Origin: Antedon mediterranea
Taxonomy: Eukaryota > Animalia > Echinodermata
Direction: 5' to 3'
Length of the DNA stretch: 64,000 nt
Assembly (NCBI RefSeq): GCF_964355755.1
Contig: NC_092677.1
Coordinates: 21,935,175 to 21,999,174, forward strand
Below are positions 51,476-64,000 of the stretch, one piece after another. The notes beneath the pieces were generated by a model, which was not told the origin of the DNA, did not search any database, and saw only the letters and a program-made list of their open reading frames with translations. Made by a program: the position numbers and the translations under genes. How positions within the stretch are numbered: position 1 is the stretch's first letter; the number at the start of each line of letters is the position of its first letter.

Positions 51476-54453
51476 GGAAGTAATTTTCCATTGATGTCAT
51501 TATTTTGCATTTAGAGTTCATGTAAATAGTATTATAAGATGGGAGACAATCAAAAGCCAGCGATCTAGTACTGAGCAGTCTTTAAACATAAAGTAAACTG
51601 AAATTGCATTTTCTTAAGAATACTTCTCCAAAAAGAGAGGCAAGAGTTGTAATTTGTGATTGTAATTCAAAACATAATTTTATTTAATGTACAGGTTTTT
51701 TTTATACTAGTAGTTTTAAAATACTCTCAATGCTGAATTATCTTTCCTTTTTTAGCAAAATCTGTTACCTGGTATTTTCGCTGAAAAGTTACGGTTATTT
51801 AATTTGTTTACCATTTGATGCGATCGATCACATCACAATATGAAAATATCAATCCGCTTGCGATGCTTTCTGGTATTTGTAGTGGGCCATTTAAATTATA
51901 AGAATCGACTTATTTTTAACGCAATATGTCCATATAGTATTTATTTTTACATTTAAAAAAACCTTAAATTAGGTCGGAAAAAACGTAGGTCGAGTGGCTT
52001 TAACTAGCGAATTAATGTTTTAAATCCACATGAAACTGAAAATTTTTTTTAGATAATGATAAATGTTTTATCATCTACATCTCCTTGAAAGTCACTAGCT
52101 ATGATTGGTAGAATGTATTACAGTTTTAGATACTGTAGGTTTGATAATGATAAATCTATACTGTACTATTACATTTTTTGATAAATTTTAATGGAATATC
52201 ATTTTAGGTGAAATAATTTCCTGAAACTTACCATCTCTTACATCATTATATTTGTGAATTTGAAGGCCTTATTAAAAGTTATTGCACTTATGATTTGAAA
52301 TTAGCTTTATAAGTAATGAATTGAACCGTTCACATCTTAATCAAAGTATGCATTTACGAAAGTTATCACCATGACAACTTTTCTGTTCCCATTGACAAAG
52401 CTCTGGTTTGTCCTGTAATATGATCCAGGCAATACTATGTGTTGTTTATTTTTAGCTAAACAGAAACTAAATACCATGAACTAAATTCAGAACAAAAAAA
52501 AGTGAAGCGGCATCAATCTGAGAAGCAAACAAATTATGCGGTAGTAATTTAAGTTGTGCGGAATGACTGTTAAATGTAAAGAGAGCAAAACCTGATCAAT
52601 AGAACTCATATTATGAACAATCCATTTAGGACATAGGTGTGGGACTATGAGTGAGAGCTGACCACTTAACAGCTTGTTAATTTACTAAATGCCCTTCAAG
52701 GCTGTATCTAAAGGTGATAATGCAGTAGAAATCTATTGATAAAGGAAAATTTTCCTGCTAATTCACTACATAATTAAAACACAAATTGATTCACACAGTA
52801 TGTATGTGAATATTATATTGCAGATTTTTCATGGACAAGCAACTATATCTTGACCAGTGAAAGAGATATGATTTTTTTAGGCCATTTTATTATAAAATGA
52901 AATTGCTGGGTGTGTGATCACTGCAAGCTGTTTTGTGTCATTGATCAATTAACATGGACTTTCACTTCAACCCCTCTTCCTTCTCATGATAAAGCAATGT
53001 ACCTAATAAGTTTTCGAGTTTTTTTGTCAAAAATTGAAAATTGTTGTAGCACAGTTTCATTCAGCTTTTCCATACTTCCTGTCCTGCTTTGATGAATGTT
53101 CTCAAGGTCAGATTTTCAGGACTTTTTTCTGTGATTATTAAATTATTATAAATAAACTTTGGAAAAAGTAAAAGTGTAAATGTAATCAATTATTTGTATT
53201 TATGAAAGCCCCATATTTGATTATTTTAAAAAATGTTGTCCAAAACTTGTCCATCACTTGCTCCAGTTAACGCATAACATCAAAATACCAGCCTGTCTCC
53301 AGTAACAAATGTTTGTCATATAGTACTTTCTCCGCAGATAACGTACATGTTTAGATTATTCATAGTCTAATAGTCCAGTCAAACTATCTAATATTTGAGT
53401 GGGTGACCCACTACTAATTGAAAACAAATTTATTTCACTGCAGTATATCTCAGTATGACCCACTTATCGCCATACTAAAAAGCATGAGAAATTGGTCTAA
53501 TCTGCATAATAGGCAAATTAGTAAATCGCGCGTAACTTTTTTCTCAATGGTTTGAACATGGGTTCATACTTTCCATACTAAATTGTACTAGCAATTGAAA
53601 ACTATTAGGCCTACTAATTAAGTTGAGTTAGATAATTATTTATTGACTTAAAGCATATCGATCGAAACGTCGAGAAACTCATCAGTTCTTTTCAGAACTA
53701 ATAAATGTGGTGTACCACAAACTTTTTATCAACATTTGATTTCGCCATGCAACCCTTCAAACCATAAATATAGATTATATGCATTTTTGGTAGGTGAGTG
53801 GATTAGGTTTTGTAATCCATTTTTTTTATACCATATTTAATGAGGGTGATCCATCCAGCAATTGCTGATCATTAGGGACCCTCATATCAGAGGTTCACAA
53901 GACAAATATATACCCAAGATGCTCTACATAAACAAAGTCTCATTTCAAGTCTTTGGGAGTGGAGTTGATTCTTTCATAGTACGTTGCAGCGACATCATAT
54001 CACAGTCTCGGCAGTAATTTTATTACATAACCCATTGTATATTATTTTTACTGTATTATGTATGTAACTGTTTTTATAATCTCTGTATTTTAAGTGTTTT
54101 TAATGTGACAATCCCCAAGAAAAGCAAATTTCCAGTTTTAAATATTGGACGAATATATCTTGAATGTAGACATGTTCTTAATTTGCATAATATGCAAATT
54201 AATTTGATTTTCAATGACCAAGAAAACATGTTTGATTAATGGAGGACTATACTAAAATGGACTGTGGTAAAATAAATTATTTTGATGGGTGAAGACCATA
54301 TATTATTTTGTCTGGACTATAAGGAAAATTATGGTCTAGAAAAGTTGAATGACAATTTTAACTTTCTGGTGGTTATTCCCCTCTCCTGCTACCAAATTAT
54401 TTTATATAAACAGTTACAGACAGTGGAAAAAACTGTTGATTGTATTTACACAG

Positions 54454-54591
54454 GTCGAAATAGCATGCCAGGAAATGAGGAATCAACAGAAGAACAAGGG
54501 GATGAAATGATGGACATATTAGTTAAATCTGCGACTGCACCTAGCAACCGTGCTCCCCGCAAACGAACCAGGCATGGCAACCGAAAGTCAT
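54454..54591 (+). CDS. FHOD3: Formin DAD exon (EEQGDEMMDILVKSATAP...RKRTRHGNRKS)
   Basis: MDxLV DAD core plus basic region; acag / T|gtaagt; phase 1-1. Confidence 0.95.
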
Positions 54592-55399
54592 GTAAGTTAC
54601 ACATTTTTTTCTATATCAGGAAACAAAACATTCTGGTAATTTTGCACCCTTACCAATTGTTCTCTATCGTTAGCACTTTATTCAAGTTGGTTAAAACCAT
54701 GAGTTTGTACATGAAATCAAAATTACATCTGTATTAAATTATAGTTAATAGTTAGTGATTTGTCTAAGCTTAACCTTGGGTGACTGGGCAGCTTGACTGT
54801 TTAAGCATGAACAAATCTGATAACTGCTGGTGGCAAATGAAATGTACTTTTGATGACACAAGTGAAAATTGATGACTAGCCAATGAACTGTTATAAGCAA
54901 TGTCATTTTAAATATTTGTGCCATTTTTGTCAACATTACAAAAATTCTCATTTCTTTTGAGTAATGTTTGAAAGAATGCGATTTCCATTTTTATTCTATT
55001 TATATATCTATTTAATATATGTAGTGTGTGTGAAATTAAGGACTTGCGAGTTTGCCGAGTGTTGCTAATCAGATTCCAACATGCCATTAGTGGTCTAATG
55101 ATAAAAATGTCTGCATATATTCCAGGTTTGAATCTCAAATCTATGTGATGGTTTATTCTTAATCTCTTTTATAAATTTACCATTTATAAACAACCAAGAT
55201 TCAACCCAGAATTTTATGCTTCATATGCAGACAATACCTACCATTAGAACACTGTGCCTTTCATGGTGTGGTGTAACATTTGTTTGGAAATACACTAGTT
55301 TCCAAGTGTTTGCTTGCACAACAGAAATCAAATTGATCATGTTGTAATACAGTACTGTATATTAATTCCCAAGGTAGGATCTCCAAAAAGATACTTTTG

Positions 55400-56087
55400 T
55401 TTACATAATACGAATTTAACATCACTTTGGGTCTGCTGCATATCCTTAAAATACAGAATAAAACACGGTATATTTGATACCATATTTTTTAGTACCCCAT
55501 TTCTGCTAGAAGTACTAACTTGGTTGGTTGTGTTAAAATTCATCTTTTTTACCCAACATGCCATTCGATCCCCCAAAATGGGGACAAGTTATTCCTTCCT
55601 TGCCGGAAATAGAATTTGTTATCTTGGCGATGGCGTAGCCTCTGCTTTCACAGTCACTGTTTCTTTTGTTATTGACTTGTTTCAACGACAGTCCGCACAC
55701 CCCATACTTGTTTTAATTTTTGGTAAGTTATTTTTATAAATCTGGCTGTCCTGTTTTTTTTGCTTTTTAATTTCCCGCAATATTTGTTTCACCAACAGAT
55801 TATTTGCAAATGTTGTTCCTTACTTTCTTTGACTATAGATTATCCATCCTTGTGTAAAAAGCTTACAGAAATCAAAATATACAGTATTTTTTATTGGCAG
55901 CAGAAACGGGTACCCAAAATACGGTTTAAATTTATAAATACCGTATTTTATCCACAAATTTTGTGGGGAAAATATAGTATATACAAAATGAGCACTGTTT
56001 CCGCTGCCAAAAACATACCGTATATATACGGTATTAAAAAAATACCGTATTAAATACGGTATTTACTTGGCAGCAGAAACAGGGCTA
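55400..56087. mobile_element. Nest of inverted repeats / small MITE
   Basis: agcactgtttccgctgccaa (55991) is inverted to ttggcagcagaaacagggct (to 56087). ~55440-55515 is inverted to ~55893-55960. Confidence 0.5.
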
Positions 56088-59000
56088 TAGAGAAACTATT
56101 CTGTAGATAGCGGTATATATGTTGTCATGCTCATGTTAAATGACTTTTAACTGATTTGATGATGCTTGAATGGACTTATTATTAAATCGTATTGACTTTG
56201 CCAGTGTCTGTTATTTAAAAAACAAATTATATAGTTTAGTATTTATTTTATTGCAAGATATAGGTGTATTTGCAGTTTTATTTAACTAGTAGTTGAATCA
56301 AGTTGATTCTTGTTTGCTGTGATTTTCTAATCTTGTTTGTTGAGTAGTTAAATTACCATTGGATTTTTTAAGAGACTCAAGTGTTAAGTGCTGCCATGAC
56401 TATATTGGGTGTCTTATATCAACATACATATTGTGTGGACTCTTTATTAATAAGCCGTATTGATTAGTCAAGAATTTTAATAAACCATTTTAGAGAGTGA
56501 TTATTGGCACTGTCATTTTTTATAATGTATAATAGGAGCACCAATCAGATATAGAAAAATATATGTTTTTTCAATTATTGTAGTTATTAATTGTATCACA
56601 AGGTATGTCAATATTATAGGACTATGTAAATGTATAATGGCATACCCCAATATTTAAATAGACCTGTTGTTTATAACCATTTACTTTTGGCTACAAATTT
56701 TTAATATCGCACTTGAACAATAGGCAATAACAAATGCATTCATAATATATGTATGTACTTTGTAATAGTGCATGCATTTTTTAACTATACACAGCCAATT
56801 ACTTTTAATTTCACAGTAGCAGCATGAGTTTGTCGATAATTTATTGAAATTAAATCACAACAATTATTAAGTATTTTATTTACATTTGAGCAGATGAGTT
56901 TGGGCATTATACTTTGTGATAGCAGTGATTGAATGACTCATGATAGATTATTGTGTAAGTAAAGTATGTCCATTTTTAAAGTTTAGTTTATAAAGTTTAG
57001 AAACAAAATGTGTTTAAATACGGAAAGACAAGTTGTACTAGATTTAATAAGAAAAATTTGCACCATGAGAAAAAAAAGAGAGAAACCCTGTAAAGCAGAT
57101 TTACGAGAAGTGAATCTTAAGAAAAGTTGATAATATATGAGAGACCCACCCATCTGTTACATTACTGTTACAATTTTAGTAGATCTTGCATTATTAGACT
57201 ATGGCCATTAAAAGCCAATCTATGTAGAACTAGGAAGTCCTTTTTGAAAATTTGCAAACATCTTTAATATTGTAATTATTTTAATAATATTTTAAAAGTA
57301 ATAACACAAAGTTTGACATAAAAAACATATCATATAAAGAGAAAATTACATTTAAACGTCCGTAGTTTAAATTTCTTTTCAAAATGTTATTGATTCATCA
57401 AATTATTACTCAGTTGAATAGAATACTTACATAAAATCTTCAAATAATCAATATAGAAAATAAATTAATTAATAAAAATAAAAATATTGATTTAAATAGT
57501 TTTATCCTAAGTTTAGTGCGATGTATATTTACGATTTGATGAAAAGCCTGGACACAATAACAACATGGCGTCGATTACGGAACACACATTTCTCTCTCTG
57601 AGGGTCCAATAAAATATTGTTTTCAACCCTGAAATCAGTGTTTATAAACCTCCATAAACATTACAGGTGCTAAATAAAGTGTTGTAGATGATGCTAGATG
57701 GTATTGCAAAGATTTGAGGATGTAAATAAAACGACTAAACTACATACAGACTCCATAAATTCTGATTTTACCTTGATTTGTATTAAATTTACCGTAACCC
57801 CGGCCCGTCAGCGCAAGAACGTTAGCTTTGGTAAGTTGAACATATTAGGCCTATTGGGTCCTAATAATAAAAAAACATTTGTTTTGTACAAGCTGAAGTT
57901 GGTTAAATATAGTATTGGTATTACTTATATTTTATAGTAAAGAGAATTTCGCTAGGCAAAATTAACTAGCCTCTAGTACTAGTAGGCCTAGATAGTCTAT
58001 GCTACTTAGTTACACTGAAATTGGTTAGATATTGATATGCCTAAAAATGAAATATGAAATCAAAAAAAGTATAATTGTTTGTAGTTAAACAATGCATTCC
58101 AGTACAGTATTAGGAATGGGAATGAGACAACTAAGGAGTATTTCTAAAGTATCGACCGGAAAAATAATTTGTCCTAATTTTGGCCCTTTGAGGGACTCCG
58201 ATAAACTGTTCCTTCTAATCAGATATAGTTGAGTTATAGCGGACATTCTGTTTTGAAAGAAATCTGAAATCCACACGACACTGGTTTTACCCCAAGTGAT
58301 AGTAGTTTTTGAACTCGCTGCTTGAAAATAAATAACAATGATCGAGCCGGACTGCTATTATTTACACATTTTTTGTACACTGTTAAGGCCTGATATTTCA
58401 AAATAACAAGTGTAAAAATAACGATCTCGTACAAATGTGTAAATAATAGCACTCTGGCTCGATCATCGTTATTATTTATTTTCAACTTTAATGATTTGAA
58501 AAAAATATGCAGTATAATTTTCATGATTGGAAGTGCCATTTCTGACCTTTGACACTGTACATTAGGATTATTTCATGTCAAATCAACCAATATACTGAAA
58601 ATTTGTATGGGTCACATCGCAGATTTAGCTGATAATTGTTTATGTATAAGCAAATGTTACCTCAAAAAATATAGACTTCTTGTTATGTGTGTTTAGGTTA
58701 GCCTCCAATTCAAATCATTACCTTTCCAATAATAGGCAGATCAACAAATTGACAATGCACAAAATAGGGCATTATAAGTTAAGTTAAAGTCAAGTTAAAA
58801 GTTTGTGAAATGTGTATATTCAAATGTCATTTATCACTTTATTCTACTCATTTACATATCAAAATTAAAATGACCAACAATAAGAAGCAATTACTAAAAC
58901 TCATATGAGTGCAGAGCACAGAGAGCAAGAATCAATGCGAGTAGAAATCCAATTTACATATCCCCTATGGCAACACTTTAATAACCAGAGGGGGATTTCT

Positions 59001-60107
59001 AGAAACCTCATTTGAAATATTGACAGAATTGGTTGAATGATAGCGTAATCAAAATAAGAAATTCATCATCAAAACCTACACAACTCGTCCTTGCTTCCTG
59101 ATTGGCCAACTTAACATTTTCAAAGTGTGGTTGGTTGGCAGGCATATAGGTCTTGCCCAAAACTGAACCACATTTGGATCAACTCAATATCTAATTTGAA
59201 ATTAAACCTAAGAAGCCTTGCGGGCACATCTTTGCTGAAAGAAAATCATTAAATTTCAATAGTCGATGCCTAATATATGATCCTTGCAAGTTCATAATAG
59301 TAATGACAATATCATTATTTTTAGTGTACCAAGAGACAACTCAATTAAACTTCAATTTATTAAAATAAATATGTTAGTAAACACGTAGGTGTGCATTTAT
59401 TTTTGATATTGAATTTTTGTTAAGCAATAATAAAGAAAAGGCATAATAGTTTAACGTAAATTAATTAATTTATTTGGTTGGAACCTAATTTTTGTTTTTA
59501 TATAGTAAGTAACATTTGCATAAAATATTTATAATTACATCATTTATATTTATGTAATATAATTGTTTTAATCTTATGGTAAATAAATGTTTATGCTTAT
59601 CATTCTCTAAAGCTTTGACAATAAATAGTATAACTACCCCATCATAACAGTTTTTCAATGTATTTTCTAATAATGTTTTATGCAATTAAATTAATTGCTA
59701 AAAACTATATTAAATTTGTATTTTTGAAAATGTTCTCCATTTTCAAAATGTTTAAAATTTTAATACAGTTAAATTTGGTGGTATATACTAGTTGTTTTTT
59801 ATGTTTGCCCACATCTTCTTTACTTAATACATATTAAATGTTCATTAATATCTAGGTCATATGACAAGTATAGAGAATAAGTTTTGTAATAACCAAAGAT
59901 AAATTACTTATCAGCTATCAACTGCTTATACTATTCCATAATTAAAATGACAAACACCCTATTGTTAATTTTCAAAGACGTAAGAATATGTTGATTACAT
60001 ATTGATTTTAACAAAACAGTCCTCCAAATGCACATTATTCATACATTATGGTATTCATACATGGATGGCATTTTCCAATATTTTGCATGGTTCATGGTTT
60101 GTGTTTT

Positions 60108-60865
60108 TTATTTTGTGAGACAAGAATATGAGGTCCTTTGGTCAAACAAGAATGTAAGGTCCTTTAGTGAGATGAGACAAGAATGTGAGGTCCTTTTGTG
60201 AGACAAGAATGTGAGTTTTCTTTTGTGAGACAAGAATGTGAGTTTCTTTTGTGAGACAAGAATGTGAGTTTCTTTTGTGAGACAAGAAGAATTCTTATTT
60301 TGAAAGAATAAAAAAACATTCAATTCAATTGATGAATTAATTACTTCTACAAAAAGTTGAATTTACAGAAATAAATTAGCAGATTAAGCCCCAACCTCTT
60401 ATTCTTGTCTCACAAAAGAGCCTTATCTCCTTGTCTCACAAAAGAACCTCCTCTTCAGTCTCACAAAATAACCTCATTTTCTTATTTCATAAAAGGACCT
60501 CACATTCTTGACTCACAAAAGAACCTCAGTCATTTTCTTATCTCATAAAAGTACCTCACCTTCTTGTCTCACAAAAGAACCTAATTTTCTTTCTCACAAA
60601 AGAAACTCCCCTTCTGTCTCACAAAAGAAGCTCCCCTTCTGTCTCACAAAAGAAGCTCCTCTTCTTGTCTCACAAAAGGAGCTCCTCTTCTGTCTCACAA
60701 AAGAACCTTCTTGTCTCACAAGAGAACCTCATTGTCTTGTCTCACAAAAGAACCTCATTTTCTTGTCTCACAAAAGAAGCTCCTCTTGTCTCACAAAAGA
60801 ACACCATTTCCTTGTCTCACAAAAGAACCTCATTTTCTTGTCTCAAAAAAAGAACCTCATTTTCT
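60108..60865. repeat. Two oppositely oriented arrays of a ~21-23-bp unit (ttcttgtctcacaaaagaacctc)
   Basis: 60108-60290 reads tttgtgagacaagaa; 60400-60865 reads ttcttgtctcacaaa. Confidence 0.9.
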
Positions 60866-60947
60866 AGAAGACAATCTTGAAAATAAAGTTTTATCTTATA
60901 TTTATATTTTAGTAACATGTTTCCACCATTTTTGTTTTCTTCTATAG

Positions 60948-61033
60948 TACGTAGAACACTAAAAGGTGGATTATCAGAAGAAGAGGCTAAAGCACTCGGA
61001 TTTGTGGCTAAACCGGAAACTTTAAAAGTGTAG
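60948..61033 (+). CDS. FHOD3: Formin terminal coding exon (LRRTLKGGLSEEEAKALGFVAKPETLKV*)
   Basis: Completes RKS|LRRTLK and matches the FHOD C-terminus; tctatag acceptor, TAG stop at 61031-61033. Confidence 0.95.
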
Positions 61034-61416
61034 AAAAGTTATACCTTATTATGGCAATTTTTGTTGGCTCTTTGTAAATTTCAGAAACAAACCGCTTTTT
61101 GTAAAATTGATTATAAAGCACAAATACCAAAGTATTGATATTTGCTTATCTAAAAACTCCATTATTTGTTGTGTCTTCACGTTGTACATGACTTTGTTTG
61201 TCATAACGTGCATATAAAAATTATTACTAGTGTTAATTATTGATTCATTGGTTCTTTTTATTTCAAAATTATTTGTCTTATTATATTAATTCACTTGTAT
61301 CTTTTATTGGCATTCATTAAACAAAATTAAAACGTGCAGAGGATAATAGGTATAGAAAGTGTGTTTTAATTATTGAATGTTATAGGCTTCCTACAACCAT
61401 GATTAAAGGTAATATA

Positions 61417-61422
61417 AATAAA
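61417..61422 (+). promoter_or_regulatory. Candidate polyadenylation signal
   Basis: First AATAAA noticed after the stop codon; weak evidence in AT-rich DNA. Confidence 0.25.
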
Positions 61423-61740
61423 ATTTGCTCTCTCACTATAACACAAGAGTATACCCGATACAATTGTGATGTTATCAAATGTTTATATTGTCATTTATTA
61501 TATTGACTTTATTGTAGCATAAAGAATATACAAAATGATTTTGTGCCCATATCATTTTGGCTACGGTATATTAATATTGTGATAAATGTATAGAATATAG
61601 TTGTAATCAAATTGAACTGTAAATTGTATTCATAACCATATATGTTAATAACAGTTGACACATCTAGGTGTTTGCCATTTGATTAGTGCCCTGCATCAGT
61701 TGGATGGATGGTAGTACATTGCACCATCCTGTTTTATTAA

Positions 61741-62526
61741 ACAAATAATGAAGGTTTATGAGTAGAATGGTACAAATAATGCCATGAGGTGAAATATAAC
61801 CTTTCATCATTCACCGAATGACATTATTTGTACCATTCCATGAATATAAAACATTCATTATTTGTTTAAAATAACATCTAAATAGATTCCTGTCATTTGA
61901 ATCAGATTGAATAAAAGCATAGAGGTATTTAATTAATATCTCTATGGTAACGTATGTAGGCCTATACATTGACATTTAAACATGTTTTTGTAACATATTT
62001 AAATTGCAAAACAATTACAATATATATATTTTTATAATACTGTATATTAAACATATTACATTTATTTGAATTTTATAAAAACAATTTATAATAGACCTAA
62101 TAATTATGTCAACAACCAAACAAAGCGCCTACCTACAGCCTAGGCTAAAAAAGGCATTGCGAAACTTCGCCAGGCAACTGAAAGTGATTTAGGCTGTTTT
62201 TTTTTTCTAACGATTTAACGTCTTGTAGAGTTGTTTCCATTAATTAATCAAAATCATACAAACGTTTTAAAGCTAATTTAAATGATATTTTGGTCGAAAT
62301 TAGTACGTATATCTCTCCAAAAAAGTGTTCATGTTTTTTATTGTATATAAACAGGGACGTTGTTGGATTCAGAAGCACAGTATACTCTTGCAATTTTTAA
62401 TTTCGTATGCGAGAAGAAATTTTTTTCGTACATGAACGATAGTTAGGAGTACGTACTATTGCACGCCATGTGATCCACAGTTGTCCAATTAAATGACAGG
62501 AATTTATTTATGTGTTATATAATACC
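61741..62526. mobile_element. Inverted copy of the 10625-11379 element
   Basis: Reverse-complement collinearity, including the terminal palindrome. Confidence 0.7.
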
Positions 62527-62704
62527 AATAACTACTCCGTTAATATTTTGAACACCGTTTTTTAAGGGCGTTGTATTTCACATTGGTTAGTAGCTGTGAA
62601 ATGGATATAATTGATTCATCTTTCGACTCATGAAAATATTCTACACTACATATTCTTTTACATTCACAAAAATCCAGTAACATAATAAATGTAATTGTAT
62701 AATT

Positions 62705-62736
62705 TGTTATTATTATTATTATTATTAATATTATTA

Positions 62737-62768
<32 letters not shown>
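62705..62768. repeat. (TTA)n microsatellite
   Basis: Directly visible. Confidence 0.9.
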
Positions 62769-63274
62769 TTGTATAGCTGAATATTACGACTTGAACGAAT
62801 TAAACAATTTATTAAATATTGTTTAGTATAATTGAAAAATTATAGAAAATATTGAAAACCGTAAATTTAGTTAGGTCTATTTAAAATTTCAGGTGAAATA
62901 TATATATATTTTAAAATCAATGAAGTAAGTGAAACGATATTACCGATAGCACATAATCCTATGTGTTGACTAGTTTTATATTCTGTGTATAAATAAAAAG
63001 TGTTCTTTGTACAAAAAATGCCGCATTTTAAACTATTTTTAAAGTATTTAAAAAAGAGTAGATAACATATAAAGCTGGATGGCATAAGTAAGAGTGCAAC
63101 ATTTAAAAGGGACGAATAAGCTTATGACCCGATTTATCTCAGCTCTGATCTCGCTTTATTTTTTTCATGTATGCCGTTCGAACAAAATAAATAGTGCAAG
63201 AATTATTTTTGTGTATTCCTTTGTCCATAATAGCTTTGTCACATTTTTATGTTAATAACAGTGTAGGCTATATG

Positions 63275-63485
63275 CTAGTTGTTGCCGCGTATACGTACGA
63301 CTACAACGGACGACTTTACAATATATAGTACGGTACCTCTAGAAAATATCAAAAACGTATCAAAAATTTTCCGATTTGCGCGATACAGTTGTTGCCGCGT
63401 GTACGTACGACTACAACGGGCGCCTTACTACAATCTATACCTCTAGAAAATATGAAAAACGTATCAAAAATGTTTCCACTTGCGT
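63275..63485 (-). repeat. ~110-bp tandem duplication with a Helitron-like hairpin/CTAG end
   Basis: agttgttgccgcgt.tacgtacgactacaacgg occurs at 63277 and 63387; the first copy abuts ctag. Confidence 0.55.
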
Positions 63486-64000
63486 TATATTATATTTTGT
63501 ATTGTTAAAATTCATTATTATTTTTTTTTAATGTTGATACGTTTCTTGTTCAGACAACACAGTAGCATACATTAAATATTTTATGTGGAGTCATATACAC
63601 ATGTATTATTATTACATGCGTAGAATGTTTAGTCCAACTGTGATAATATTCAAAAGAATTGCCATGTTTCGTTGTCGGATGATTCGCGAAACGATTGAAA
63701 ACAATGAAAGCGTCTTGATACCAGCAGGAGGAGCTTCGTCTGAACTTAATATGCCATGCGCAAACGCGAATTATCCTCAGTTTATCAAGGTCTATGTAAT
63801 TTTAACCTATTAAAAGCAGCAATTGTATTGAACTGCCTGGAATGATTGTCTTTCCTTCAGCTGTGCTTTAACTGTTCGTGAGGGTTAGTTAATACGTTCA
63901 CTTTGTAAACTGCTCTGGGTGAGGGCGTTTAGGCAACAAATACAATTAGTTTCTTAGTACAGTACACATTGACAAATTTACACTGAGAATTAAAACGGTA

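Larger units (their letters stand above)
2240..61033 (+). other. FHOD3: FHOD-family formin gene span (FH1/FH2 domain-containing protein, FHOD1/FHOD3-like), 5' end outside window
   Basis: Spliceable GT-AG exon chain. FHOD hallmarks: RELRIMNWDFTDL..EDDDDIL before FH1, KKKKTVRLHW, GNFLNG, SEFALEYRT, RNKTRGKMI, and the DAD plus RKSLRRTLKGG tail. Invertebrates generally have one FHOD gene, so the symbol is a family label only. Linkage of the exons upstream of 31269 to the core is inferred from strand and phase. Confidence 0.9.

Noticed and set aside
53645-53680. Second hammerhead (gatcgaaacgtcgag)
   Set aside because: Only the GAAAC-GUC half is present; there is no CUGANGA box upstream.
60108-60947. 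ORFs with SHKR/LTKE repeats
   Set aside because: Translations of the ~21-bp tandem repeat.
63583-63813. Start of a neighbouring gene
   Set aside because: 76-aa ORF with no recognisable homology or clear exon boundaries.
1-64000. Prokaryotic or viral system (operons, defence islands, autonomous transposase)
   Set aside because: Spliceosomal intron structure throughout, and no long ORFs other than formin exons.

Overview
This is AT-rich eukaryotic (invertebrate-type) genomic DNA, not prokaryotic; the species cannot be determined from the sequence. About 2.2-61.0 kb on the + strand is one intron-rich gene, a FHOD-family formin (FHOD1/FHOD3/Fhos-like). Its N-terminal GBD/FH3 exons are not seen and presumably lie upstream. 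I could splice an in-frame core of 11 exons (31651-61033) encoding a short FH1, the FH2 domain (GNFLNG, SEFALEYRT, RNKTRGKMI) and the C-terminal DAD/basic tail (DEMMDILVKS...RKSLRRTLKGG). Upstream lie 16 candidate exons that are all phase 1-1 and multiples of 3 nt: one 6042-bp giant exon and 15 small exons of 33-198 bp. No combination of them creates a junction stop. The giant exon and three small exons carry about 13 copies of an acidic-LLxxLxxG helix with the spacing of the formin DAD / WH2 helix. Two intronic tandem arrays in this region are built from units containing the RBFOX motif UGCAUG. The introns also hold many non-autonomous elements (Kolobok-, Tc2-, IS3EU-, Harbinger-, hAT- and Helentron-like, a Deu/Nin-type SINE, LINE 3' ends), tRNA-Val pseudogenes and a minimal hammerhead ribozyme in a Penelope-like fragment. 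All exon calls were read by eye and need RNA-seq confirmation.
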